Below, piece after piece: positions 8,815 through 17,529 of a stretch of DNA of 64,000 nt. Origin of the DNA: an uncultured Candidatus Saccharibacteria bacterium (GTDB lineage Bacteria; Patescibacteriota; Minisyncoccia; Phycocordibacterales; UBA9973). The stretch is taken from positions 2,784-66,783 of the forward strand of contig CAZMZT010000002.1 in the NCBI GenBank assembly GCA_964571085.1, in the 5' to 3' direction. A program made the position numbers and the translations under genes. The notes under the pieces are model-generated. The model was not told the origin of the DNA and did not search any database. It saw only the letters and a program-made list of their open reading frames with translations. Every line of letters starts with the position of its first letter. The stretch's first letter is position 1.

Positions 8815-10126
8815 GAGATATTATTTTATTCTTCAATATAATTTTACTCTTAAAACAAGTTAGCAATTCTCGCTTCTCTTCAACTAATCCGTCTTTTAAA
8901 ATAAATTTGGCGTAGTCTCTGATGTCTACGTCTTTTATTTGTATCTGTTGTTTCGTATTCAAGACAGATTGATTAAATCTTTTTATTCTTTCCACCTCAT
9001 ATTTAATCTTTTCTCTCATGCCAATCTCATTGATATTTACTTGATCAATAAGCTTTTCGAATTGCTGTATTAGTTCGATTTCGTTTATATAACCACACTT
9101 ACAGTTCTTATCTTTCGATCTGGTGCATCCATAGTAGATGTGTCTATTTACTGATCCGTCTTTTAGCTTTTTAAACTTTTCATCTGCACATATACCAGAT
9201 CCACAAAGCCCACAGGTCATCATTTTTGTAAAAGCAAATTCTTTTGGTTCTTGAGTTCGTAATGCTTGGCTTTTAACTTGTTCTTGAACCAATTCAAAAA
9301 GTTCTTTATTGATTATTGGTTCATGTCTACCTGTATAAAAGTTTCCGCTTTTTCGTGGATATTCAAAAACTCCATAATAAAATGGATTTTGAAGTATGAG
9401 ATAAATATTACTAAGGGTGAGACCCTTGTTTCCACTTCTAGTTTTAAAATTCAGATCAAATTTAAGCCAGTGAAAAAGCTTTCTACCAGACCACTTTTCG
9501 TAGGCTACTTTTTCAAACATTTGTTTTACTATTGGTGCTCGTTCTGGATCTATGACTACTTCGCATTTTTTGTCCATTCGCTTTTCATTGAGATACCCAA
9601 CAACAGCAGGACCTGGGCGAAGTCCCATTTCACATCTTGTTCGCAATCCTCGTTTTACGTTAATACTTTTATTATCGTTCTCGAGTTTAGCTTGTGAACA
9701 TAGAATCATCAAAAGAAATTTCTCGTTTGGAGAATTTTTGAAATGTTGCCCATATGTTCTAATCTCAAGAATTTTTGTCTCGTCCATAAGATCAACTACT
9801 GAACCAAGATCACCAGCGTTTCTTGATAGACGATCTGGTGCCCAAGTCAGTATTCCGTTATATCTACCTCGACGTATATCCTCCAAGACTTCTCTAAATA
9901 CTGGTCGTTGTCCAGATTCTTTAGCTGAATGAGATTCACGCCTAATATCTACGACGGTTAAGCCGTCACGATCGGCTATTGCAAGCATTTCTTTAACCTG
10001 GGATTCGATAGACAGGGCTTGCTTTTCGTCTGATTCGGTTGATTTTCGAGCATACAGGACATACCGAATCTTGGTTTTTGGTACCTCTGTTCTAACCCCC
10101 AAATTGCTTATATATTGCGTCTCCAT
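8807..10126 (-). CDS. Large serine recombinase (integrase)
   Basis: The N-terminus IRYVLYARKSTESDEKQALSIESQ is a resolvase-type catalytic motif. The size (439 aa), the recombinase domain and a Cys-rich zinc ribbon (CGLCG...C...C..C) follow. Confidence 0.8.
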   Translation of the reverse strand: METQYISNLGVRTEVPKTKIRYVLYARKSTESDEKQALSIESQVKEMLAIADRDGLTVVDIRRESHSAKESGQRPVFREVLEDIRRGRYNGILTWAPDRLSRNAGDLGSVVDLMDETKILEIRTYGQHFKNSPNEKFLLMILCSQAKLENDNKSINVKRGLRTRCEMGLRPGPAVVGYLNEKRMDKKCEVVIDPERAPIVKQMFEKVAYEKWSGRKLFHWLKFDLNFKTRSGNKGLTLSNIYLILQNPFYYGVFEYPRKSGNFYTGRHEPIINKELFELVQEQVKSQALRTQEPKEFAFTKMMTCGLCGSGICADEKFKKLKDGSVNRHIYYGCTRSKDKNCKCGYINEIELIQQFEKLIDQVNINEIGMREKIKYEVERIKRFNQSVLNTKQQIQIKDVDIRDYAKFILKDGLVEEKRELLTCFKSKIILKNKIISLS

Positions 10127-10198
10127 ATTATATTAATGACGCAACTTGAGCGTTTTGCTAAGTCTATGCAGAACTAGTGAAATATTGCATACTCGCGA

Positions 10199-11695
10199 CT
10201 ACTTTTTTTGATCCATATCTACATAATCTCTAAAGTACAGAGGTTCATCATCTCCCATCCAGTACATAAGCCATGTAGATTCTCCAGAGTGTTTATCCAT
10301 CGTTGAGTTAATCAAGAGAGAAAATGCGTCTGCTAAGTCGTCATGTTTTTCTACTCCAAATCCAACAAGTTGCTCGATAAGTCTTTCACACCCTTGTCTC
10401 GGGAATAAAATTTTTGCTGATTTTATTGCAGTTGAAGTAAGGGCAAGTCGTGTCCGCTTGTCTCCTTTGGGTTTGATTGCAGTTGCCTTAACTCCATGAT
10501 GTTCAAGCATTTGCGGTAAAGCTTCCTGATATGCCACGCTTTCAACAAATAACTCATCAGAACTTCTTGTAAGTAAAGTATTGCGAATATCTTTCATGAG
10601 ATCCACCTGTGCAGGAAAATTAAGTTTCTTTGCAATAGGGTTAGGTAGGATGTAGATTCGCAATTTTTCACGGCGTGAATATATGTGAGCGAATACCACG
10701 GCAGTATCATCGGCAGTTTCTGACGCTGATATAGCAAGATCAACTCCTGCATAAGTACCACGATATCCTCGATGTTTTTCTCCTGGTAGTTCGTCATAAA
10801 ATTGAATCCATTCAGGGTAAATAACCTGATCGTCACTTGGAATGATGCGGAGTAAGTATTCCCGTTGCCATGAAATTTCACTAGTAACTTTTAGTTTCTC
10901 GTCTTCTAGATCTTTTTCTGTTGCATATTTTCCAGACCACAAGCACACACCATTTCTATCAATCAATGGATACTCTTTGAATATTCCTTTTGCTTTACCT
11001 TTAGCAATCTCGTCTTTGATACGCATTAAGAGCGAGTCCTCATGAAGTAAGTTTCCAACAATAATTAGTCGAGTATTTCTATCTCCAGCAGGGATAACTT
11101 CACCACGGAGCCAGTTATAGGTCTTTTCTCGACCCTCACGAGTTTTAGCTGATTGCACATCTTCAACATCGTCACAGATTATTAAGTCTGGGCGGTGTTC
11201 ATTGTGGCGAATACCACGAATACTTTGCTCTGCAGAAGCCACGGTGATTCTTGCTCCATGCTTTTTGAATACAAGAGAGAATGAACCCCATTCATCACTC
11301 TCTTCTTGGAATGGTCCAAGATCCTTTTTGAGAACATCGTTACCCTCAAGTTCTGTGCGGATATTCATCATGTGTTGTTTTGCCTGTGCTCGTGTTTGGC
11401 AGAAAATGATACAGAATTTCTTTTGTTGTTTTCCAAGGATTGCCCAGATTGGGTAAGCAGTCGTCACCATTGTTGATTTTCCAGAACCTCGAAATGCGAC
11501 CACATACAAGTTTTCAGTAGTGCTTTTTTCTAGGTTATGAATAATCTCTTTTTGAAAGTCTGCTGTTTCGTACTTCACATAGTGTGCATAGTAGAAGTGG
11601 AAGAAATACAAGAAACTGTCTTTTGTAATCGATGTTCGCACTGAACGATCTTTTATCATCGTATTAACCAGTGCTTTTGGAATTATTTTAGTCAT
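10199..11695 (-). CDS. Phage terminase large subunit (ATPase + nuclease)
   Basis: Walker A is at ...VAFRGSGKSTMV.... The C-terminal acidic nuclease-like region is ...GVDLAIS...DDTAVVFAH.... The size (498 aa) and its position after a small-terminase-like gene fit a large terminase. Confidence 0.6.
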   Translation of the reverse strand: MTKIIPKALVNTMIKDRSVRTSITKDSFLYFFHFYYAHYVKYETADFQKEIIHNLEKSTTENLYVVAFRGSGKSTMVTTAYPIWAILGKQQKKFCIIFCQTRAQAKQHMMNIRTELEGNDVLKKDLGPFQEESDEWGSFSLVFKKHGARITVASAEQSIRGIRHNEHRPDLIICDDVEDVQSAKTREGREKTYNWLRGEVIPAGDRNTRLIIVGNLLHEDSLLMRIKDEIAKGKAKGIFKEYPLIDRNGVCLWSGKYATEKDLEDEKLKVTSEISWQREYLLRIIPSDDQVIYPEWIQFYDELPGEKHRGYRGTYAGVDLAISASETADDTAVVFAHIYSRREKLRIYILPNPIAKKLNFPAQVDLMKDIRNTLLTRSSDELFVESVAYQEALPQMLEHHGVKATAIKPKGDKRTRLALTSTAIKSAKILFPRQGCERLIEQLVGFGVEKHDDLADAFSLLINSTMDKHSGESTWLMYWMGDDEPLYFRDYVDMDQKK

Positions 11696-11697
11696 AA

Positions 11698-12105
11698 TTA
11701 TTTTTTACGATTAATGTTTTTAATAGATTTCGACTTGGTAATTTTTGCTAGCTTGAGAGCTTGCTTTACAATTTTTGCCTGTGAGGGTGTCAGCTCCTCA
11801 TTGTCGTCTTTAGTGGTAATCTCAAGTTTGTTTTTGTAATTATCATTTCGATGACGAAGCCAGAAACTAATCGCAGGATAGTTTTTCTCTTTGATAAGGG
11901 TCAGCAGTTGGCTTTCACTCATGTCATTTACCAATGCGACACCCTCAGAAAGTGCAATATCCATTTTCTTGAGAAAATCTTTGTCTTCTTTTCGCCACCG
12001 ATAGATACTGTTTCGAGATAATCCTGTCTTCTCACATGCAACCTGAACAATTGGTACTTTTCTCAATTCTTCTAAGAACTGATCCTGAAATTTATTCTTT
12101 TTCAT
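11698..12105 (-). CDS. Terminase small subunit-like HTH protein
   Basis: 135 aa with an N-terminal HTH (...TGLSRNSIYRWRKED...). It sits immediately upstream of and is co-oriented with the large terminase. Confidence 0.45.
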   Translation of the reverse strand: MKKNKFQDQFLEELRKVPIVQVACEKTGLSRNSIYRWRKEDKDFLKKMDIALSEGVALVNDMSESQLLTLIKEKNYPAISFWLRHRNDNYKNKLEITTKDDNEELTPSQAKIVKQALKLAKITKSKSIKNINRKK

Positions 12106-13369
12106 AGAAGTTATTAATTACTTGAGCTTTGTGACCAGTCAGCTTTTCATATCGACGAATTGCTAAATCACAAAACACAGGTTCTATCTCTAGGGAATAG
12201 ACCTTTCGACCTAATTGTTCCGCACAGATCATGGTGCTAGCAGATCCAGAGAAGGCGTCAAAAATGATGTCTCCTGGCTTGGTGCAACGCATAATAAACT
12301 TATGGTGCAGTTCAGGATTTTTACTTGTCGCATGTTCCATTTGATTTGCAGGTAATCGTTTAGTTGCCCAAATGTTCGAGATATCTTCCAGAAGTTGATT
12401 ACCAGTTCCATAATCTTTGTTTTGAACTTCATTGAGATTCTTTACCAAATCAGAAATATACGGAGACCCCGTTGTTCCATATACGCAATATTCAAGGCAT
12501 TTATTAAACGCTACGGCAGGTGTCGGCGAAGCATTGTTTTTAATCCAGACATTGAGCCGTCTGTTTTTAACTCCATGTTCCATATAGAGTGTTTGAAATA
12601 CCCACACCCACGCTTCATCGCACCAGAAAGCCACATGTGCATCTTTCGTCGATATAGCGAGTGAAGATTTAAGAACCTTGCGGATAAATTCTTTGTATTC
12701 TTCAGGTGATTGATTATCGTCAAATGTACCTCCGTAGTTGGATTTATTACCAACCCCTTTGTCATAGGAGAGCCCGATATTAAAAGGTGGGTCATTGTAT
12801 ATGGCGGTAGCTTTATCATTTCCAAATAGCTTAGTAACCGCATTCATATCGGTTGAACTAGCACACAATAACTTGTGACCACCCATAACAATAAGATCAC
12901 CAGGCTTTGTTTGTGGTGTTTTGATTTTCTTTAATTCTTTTTCAACATCGAATTTGTCATCCTTGGTATCTTTTTCTTCGTCCCAAAACTTAACTAATTC
13001 TTTTTCGTTGAATCCAGCGAACTGCAAAAGCTCCAGGTCAAAAGACTTAAGCTTTTCAAAATCCCATTCGCCATCGTTGATATTGCTTTCAATAGCAATC
13101 TTGCGACGCTCGTCATCTGATAGTTTGCGATCAGGAATTAATACGTTTACCTGCCTGATACCAAGCTGTATCAAAGCAGTTTTTCTTTGATTGCCTGAAA
13201 TAATCGTATTGTCCGTATCAATAACGATTACACTATGAAAACCACTTTGAATGATTTTCTCTTTTAATTTTTCCATAGCGACCCGTGAGATTTTTCTTGG
13301 GTTTTCTTTCCAAGGGAGTAGGTCTTTGACCTCTCGAACTCCTGTTGTCCATGAAAGTTTTTTATTCAT
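12092..13369 (-). CDS. ParB-like nuclease domain fused to a beta-class DNA (N6A/N4C) methyltransferase
   Basis: The N-terminal ParB/Srx-like region is ...VIVIDTDNTIISGNQRKTALIQLG.... MTase motif IV (IYNDPPFN) precedes motif I (DIIFDAFSGSASTMICAEQLGRK). This is the beta-class order and is typical of phage orphan methyltransferases next to terminase genes. Confidence 0.7.
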   Translation of the reverse strand: MNKKLSWTTGVREVKDLLPWKENPRKISRVAMEKLKEKIIQSGFHSVIVIDTDNTIISGNQRKTALIQLGIRQVNVLIPDRKLSDDERRKIAIESNINDGEWDFEKLKSFDLELLQFAGFNEKELVKFWDEEKDTKDDKFDVEKELKKIKTPQTKPGDLIVMGGHKLLCASSTDMNAVTKLFGNDKATAIYNDPPFNIGLSYDKGVGNKSNYGGTFDDNQSPEEYKEFIRKVLKSSLAISTKDAHVAFWCDEAWVWVFQTLYMEHGVKNRRLNVWIKNNASPTPAVAFNKCLEYCVYGTTGSPYISDLVKNLNEVQNKDYGTGNQLLEDISNIWATKRLPANQMEHATSKNPELHHKFIMRCTKPGDIIFDAFSGSASTMICAEQLGRKVYSLEIEPVFCDLAIRRYEKLTGHKAQVINNFYEKE

Positions 13370-13542
13370 AGAGTTTTTATTTGATTACTTATAAATTTGT
13401 AGATGACTAATCTACTAACTCTATGAAATCAAAAAGGTACATGGTCATGTAATTGTCATAAAATTGAGTTGCATAAAGAAAAAACGCCTATTTAAAGGCG
13501 ATTTTTCAAAGTTATCCACTCAACTTGGTGTCAACTTAGGAA

Positions 13543-14175
13543 TTATTCTTTTTCTATGTGGATTTTTGGATTGATACGATACCCAGATCCTTTCTTTCCT
13601 TGAATAAGTTTTGTCTTCTTTGGGAGTCTCAAAGTATTTATTGCGTAATCATTAAAAGTCTGCACCATTTTTGCTACCGCTTGTGATGAAGGGCAGGATA
13701 GTATTCTCTGTAGGTCTTTTGTTTGTACATATGCATCTCGATCAAGTAGTGTTTCAAGTAATTTCTTTCTTTTTCCATTTTCAGTAAGGTCATATGAAAA
13801 TAGTTTGTCGCCCAAGTGTCTGTCGAGCGATCCATTATCTCTATCGTAGATAATCACATTACTGTCTTGGCTTGAAGATAGAAGTCGCTTGTGATTTTTA
13901 TTTAATTCTTGAAGTTCTTCTAAGATGTCATATTCAACAGGGCGACGGAATACTATTTCAGGATATTCTACTGGTTCAAAAAGTTTTACTTGTTCACGGA
14001 CTCGATTCATTTGCTCAATAATCGGCTGAGCGACTTTTCTTACATTCTCAATCATTTCTGCATGCCTTTTGCCTAATTCTCGAAACTGAGAAATCTGCCC
14101 CTCGCTTAAAGTAGGGGGATGTATTTTTGCCACTAGTTCACCAACGGTTATTGGTTTTTTCTGCTCATCTGCCAT
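13543..14175 (-). CDS. Hypothetical DNA-binding protein (C-terminal winged-helix-like)
   Basis: 210 aa. The C-terminus ...QGKKGSGYRINP resembles the end of a winged HTH. It is divergent from the LexA-like repressor gene. Confidence 0.3.
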   Translation of the reverse strand: MADEQKKPITVGELVAKIHPPTLSEGQISQFRELGKRHAEMIENVRKVAQPIIEQMNRVREQVKLFEPVEYPEIVFRRPVEYDILEELQELNKNHKRLLSSSQDSNVIIYDRDNGSLDRHLGDKLFSYDLTENGKRKKLLETLLDRDAYVQTKDLQRILSCPSSQAVAKMVQTFNDYAINTLRLPKKTKLIQGKKGSGYRINPKIHIEKE

Positions 14176-14195
14176 GTAGTTATGATAGCAAATAC

Positions 14196-14224
14196 TTGCT
14201 TTTTTGTATAGAGTAATTTATACT
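14196..14224 (+). promoter_or_regulatory. Sigma70-like promoter for the LexA-like repressor gene (TTGCTT, 17-nt spacer, TATACT)
   Basis: The hexamers and spacing are read from the sequence. The ATG at 14234 follows 10 nt after the -10 element. Confidence 0.4.
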
Positions 14225-14233
14225 ATTTATACC

Positions 14234-14851
14234 ATGACTAATAACCTTAGTGACAAAGATAAAAAAGCGTTTGCCCTTATCCGTAACAAGATTGTTCATT
14301 ATGGCAAAAGCCCTACGCTTAGTGAGATTAATGAGGTTACAGGTGGAGCTTCTCCACGATCTGCGAGCCTTGTAATTAATCGATTAATTGACGCAGGACT
14401 TATAAAGAAAATCGGACGACAACTTATCCTTACTGGATCGCAGAAAACAGCTTCAATAAGTACTATTGATGTTCCTTTGGTTGGTGCTGTGACTTGTGGT
14501 ACTCCTGTTCTTGCCGAAGAAAATATCCAAGCCTTAATTCCTGTATCAACAGGACTAGCTAAAAAGGGTTCAAAATATTTTCTTTTGCGTGCAATTGGAG
14601 ACTCGATGAATCTTGCAGGAATTAATAGCGGTGATCTGCTTCTGATTCGACAGCAAGACACAGCAGAAGACAATGACAAAGTTGTTGCTCTAATAAATGA
14701 CGAAGCAACCGTCAAAGTGTTCAAGAAAGCAAATGGTGCTGTTGTACTTCAACCGAAATCAACAAACAAAGACCATAAGCCGATTATATTAACAGATAAC
14801 TGCATCATACAAGGAGTAGTCGTTGCTGTGCTTCCTGGTGATCTATATTAA
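14234..14851 (+). CDS. LexA/CI-like repressor (N-terminal wHTH + C-terminal S24 peptidase)
   Basis: The C-terminal region ...LRAIGDSMNLAGINSGDLLLIR...VKVFKK... carries the S24 Ser (GDSM) and Lys dyad. The N-terminus is a LexA-type DNA-binding domain. Confidence 0.7.
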   Translation: MTNNLSDKDKKAFALIRNKIVHYGKSPTLSEINEVTGGASPRSASLVINRLIDAGLIKKIGRQLILTGSQKTASISTIDVPLVGAVTCGTPVLAEENIQALIPVSTGLAKKGSKYFLLRAIGDSMNLAGINSGDLLLIRQQDTAEDNDKVVALINDEATVKVFKKANGAVVLQPKSTNKDHKPIILTDNCIIQGVVVAVLPGDLY

Positions 14852-14855
14852 ATTT

Positions 14856-15368
14856 ATGTCTTATAAAAATAAAACATACGTAGCTTTTGATGGAGATAAT
14901 GATATGAAATATTATCGTTTAATGACTGCATGGAAAGAACATGATCATATAGAATTTGATTTTTTAAATGCTCATGATTTAAATAGCGCAAGAGATACAA
15001 GTACCGAAGAATCAATAAAATCACAACTTAGAATACGAATGGCAAATTCAAAGCAAATGCTTTTATTAGTTGGAGATAATACAAAATATTTAAGAAAGTT
15101 TTTGCCTTGGGAGATAGAACTTGCAAGAAAGAAGGATATACCAATTATTATTGTTAATTTAAATAACAAAAAAGGTTACGACGACAATCTTTGTCCATCA
15201 GCTATTAAAGATTGGAAATATACAATTTCAGTACCTTTTAAACTAAAGGCAATACAATATGCTTTGGATCATTTTCCAGACAACTATCATAAATGGAAAA
15301 ACCACCCTGATTATCAAGACCACAGGTATATCTATACAGATTCAACCTATAACCAACTAGGCATATGA
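14856..15368 (+). CDS. DUF1863/MTH538 TIR-like domain protein (ThsB-like), paralog 1
   Basis: The N-terminus MSYKNKTYVAFDGDNDMKYY, plus ...NSKQMLLLVGDNTKYL...WEIELA...IPIIIVNL..., matches the TIR-like PF08937 pattern. It is paralogous to 16215..16757. Confidence 0.55.
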   Translation: MSYKNKTYVAFDGDNDMKYYRLMTAWKEHDHIEFDFLNAHDLNSARDTSTEESIKSQLRIRMANSKQMLLLVGDNTKYLRKFLPWEIELARKKDIPIIIVNLNNKKGYDDNLCPSAIKDWKYTISVPFKLKAIQYALDHFPDNYHKWKNHPDYQDHRYIYTDSTYNQLGI

Positions 15369-16210
15369 TGAATAGTATTTTTTCAAAAAGAATGGCAATT
15401 AAATTAAGTGTTAATTTTTTTGTCTCACTAGGTGTAATAAGTTCGATAATTCAAATTATTACTTCAAGTTATCCAGACCTTATTTCTAATTATAAATGGA
15501 AAGGATGGTTCCTGTCTGTTTTTATTTGTTTGGTCTTTGCTTTTATTAGAGCATGGCCAAAGAGAAGTTTCTCTGAAACTTTTTCAAATCCTGACGTTAG
15601 AATTGGCATTAAGATTGGAAATATATTTGATCAATCTGGTCATCTTGTTATTGGTTTTAGCGACACTTTCGATACAGAAATTGGTGATGTAGTAAGTAAA
15701 GATAGTATGCAAGGTCAGTTTTTAATTTCTATGTATGAAAATAATCAAAATAAACTTGATACTGATCTTGATGCATTACTTAAGAATGAGGAATCTGAAG
15801 AAGATACTACAAAGACGCGTGGTAAAAACAAGAGATATAAGATTGGTACAGTTGTAGCATTGTCTGGTTTAAATAGAAAATTCTTTTGCTGTGCATATAG
15901 TCGTATGGGATCTGATCTTAAGGCAACATCTGACATAAATAACTTGTGGTCTTCATTACAAAATCTCTGGACTAAAATAAGAGTAGAGGGAGAGCAAAAA
16001 ACTATAGTGATGCCAGTTATTGGCACTAACTTAGCTAGAATTCCTGGTATCTCATTTAAATTGCCAATAAATCTTATTCTTCTTTCATTTATTATTAATT
16101 CAAGAGTGGAACCAATATCGAAAGAGTTAGTACTTATTATACGTGAAGAAGATAAGGAGAAAGTTAATTTATTGGAAATTCAAGATTTTCTAAAATCTCT
16201 TCATAACTAA
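15365..16210 (+). CDS. Membrane protein with two N-terminal TM helices and a C-terminal Macro-like (ADP-ribose-binding-like) domain; ThsA-like effector candidate
   Basis: There are two hydrophobic helices in the first ~65 aa. The C-terminal region ...TIVMPVIGTNLARIPG... resembles the Macro-domain IAFPxISTGxxGxP motif. It overlaps the upstream gene by 4 nt. Confidence 0.45.
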   Translation: MMNSIFSKRMAIKLSVNFFVSLGVISSIIQIITSSYPDLISNYKWKGWFLSVFICLVFAFIRAWPKRSFSETFSNPDVRIGIKIGNIFDQSGHLVIGFSDTFDTEIGDVVSKDSMQGQFLISMYENNQNKLDTDLDALLKNEESEEDTTKTRGKNKRYKIGTVVALSGLNRKFFCCAYSRMGSDLKATSDINNLWSSLQNLWTKIRVEGEQKTIVMPVIGTNLARIPGISFKLPINLILLSFIINSRVEPISKELVLIIREEDKEKVNLLEIQDFLKSLHN

Positions 16211-16214
16211 TCTT

Positions 16215-16757
16215 ATGGCTTACAGAAGTGGAACATACATAGCTTTTCATGCAGACGGAGAAAGTAATCCAACTGCCTCTGATATGAAATACTACAACAC
16301 ATTAAAAATGTGGAAAGTTAGAGATGATGACTTTAGTTTTGTTAATAGTCACGAGAAAACAGGAGCTGTAAGAGACTCAAGTAAAAAAGATACTCTACGG
16401 AGATCTTTAATATCGAGAATGAATAATTCTAAAAACCTATTATTAATAATAGGCTCAACAACAAAAAATGATACAGACTGGGTTCCTTTCGAAATTAATT
16501 ACGCTGTAGAAACTTGTAATATTCCAATTATAGTTGCCTATACGGGGTACAATAAAATAATGGCTCCGTCTGAGCTTTCTCATTTGTGGCCAGCCGAATT
16601 GGCTAAGGCAATTAAAAACAAAACAGTCGGTATTATTCATGTTCCGTTTAAAAAAGAACCCATAGCAGATGCAATCTCTCAATTTGATATGAATAATCAT
16701 CCTAAAACATCCCTTAATTATTACACTGCAGAAACTTATATTAATTGGGGTTTATAA
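16215..16757 (+). CDS. DUF1863/MTH538 TIR-like domain protein (ThsB-like), paralog 2
   Basis: The motifs GTYIAFHADGE...MKYY, ...NSKNLLLIIGSTTKND...FEINYA...IPIIVAY are collinear with those of 14856..15368. Confidence 0.55.
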   Translation: MAYRSGTYIAFHADGESNPTASDMKYYNTLKMWKVRDDDFSFVNSHEKTGAVRDSSKKDTLRRSLISRMNNSKNLLLIIGSTTKNDTDWVPFEINYAVETCNIPIIVAYTGYNKIMAPSELSHLWPAELAKAIKNKTVGIIHVPFKKEPIADAISQFDMNNHPKTSLNYYTAETYINWGL

Positions 16758-16988
16758 ATAAAATTACACTAATCTGTAACTTTTATACTCAAACCTGTGT
16801 CACTTTTGTCACTTTTTATGAACAAGGAAGATAAAAGAAATCCTAAAAATTGGACTAAAGAAGAGACCGATAGAGTGGTCGCAGTATTTCAATGGCTATT
16901 GGAGCAAGATAAAAAGCAGAATCCAGATCGGTATAAAAAACCTACTGCTCAAAGACCGTCGAAATGATAGAATAAACTTATTAAAAAT

Positions 16989-17050
16989 GTCCTTACGGGG
17001 CTTGACCCACCACGGTTCTGGCTCAAGGACGCCAGCAAACTTGAGCTAGC
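16989..17050. repeat. Element-end repeat R1 (~50-bp family repeat plus the 12-bp att-like core ACTTGAGCTAGC at 17039..17050)
   Basis: GTCCTTACGGGGCTTGACCCACCACGGTTCTGGCTCAAGGACGCCAGCAAACTTGAGCTAGC differs from R2 at about 9 of 48 positions. The last 12 nt are identical to the tRNA 3' flank. Confidence 0.6.
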
Positions 17051-17129
17051 ACGAGATGCTTATAAATTGAGCTTTCGAATTAGCAAAAGATCTATACAGT
17101 TATTGAAGAAGCCGTAGGCTAATCCAGAC

Positions 17130-17165
17130 AAAAAACACTTTCAAAAATGAAAGTGTTTTTTGTTG
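17130..17165. terminator. Rho-independent, bidirectional-type terminator (AACACTTTCAAAAATGAAAGTGTT followed by T-run)
   Basis: A perfect 9-bp stem is flanked by an A-run and a T-run. Confidence 0.55.
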
Positions 17166-17208
17166 TTGACTTCTAAAACCATATACCCTATACTATAGGG
17201 TATATGGT
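17166..17208 (+). promoter_or_regulatory. Promoter (TTGACT, 17-nt spacer, TATACT) overlapped by a perfect 31-bp palindrome ACCATATACCCTATACTATAGGGTATATGGT; CsoR-type operator
   Basis: The palindrome spans 17178..17208. It contains ATACCC...GGGTAT half-sites like known CsoR operators, and it covers the -10 element and the csoR start codon. Confidence 0.6.
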
Positions 17209-17491
17209 AAAACAAACACACAATCATGTTCACAAGCACGGTGAGCCAAACACAAAGGCTCGCAAAGTTATTAATATGGCAATAGGAAGTGTTGCTAAGA
17301 TTCCTGAGATGGTCGATGATGGACGATACTGCCCTGAAATTATTCAGCAAATTGATAGTGTCGTAGGTCTTTTACATAGTGCACGAAAAGAATTACTAAA
17401 GGGTCACTTAGAGTCTTGCCTTGCTGAAAGATTAAAGACCGACAAGGAGGGTTCAATCAAAGAATTGCTAAAAATCTACAACATGCAGTAG
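17204..17491 (+). CDS. csoR: CsoR/RcnR-family metal-sensing transcriptional repressor
   Basis: 95 aa with a His-rich N-terminus. ...RYCPEIIQQIDSVVGLLHSARKELLKGHLESC carries the C-H-C metal-ligand signature of the family. Confidence 0.7.
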   Translation: MVKQTHNHVHKHGEPNTKARKVINMAIGSVAKIPEMVDDGRYCPEIIQQIDSVVGLLHSARKELLKGHLESCLAERLKTDKEGSIKELLKIYNMQ

Positions 17492-17529
17492 ATTTTTAGT
17501 GTTTTATTATTAAATTTATATAAAAAATT

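Noticed and set aside
16818-16970. ~50-aa ORF (MNKEDKRNPKNWTKEETDRVVAVFQWLLEQDKKQNPDRYKKPTAQRPSK) just before repeat R1
   Set aside because: It is below the ORF-track size cutoff and has no motif support. It may be a remnant gene at the element end, but it is not reported as a feature.
16989-17038. Whether repeats R1-R3 encode a small structured RNA or tRNA fragment (R1 can be drawn with a GTCCTT/AAGGAC closing stem and two short internal hairpins)
   Set aside because: Position-by-position comparison of R1 and R2 shows that the substitutions fall in the putative stems without compensatory partners, and the segments cannot be folded into a T-arm/acceptor 3' half. They are treated as recombination-site/arm repeats instead.
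17141-17350. 69-aa minus-strand ORF in the ORF track
   Set aside because: It overlaps the terminator, the promoter/CsoR operator and the 5' end of csoR on the opposite strand. It is an antisense shadow ORF.
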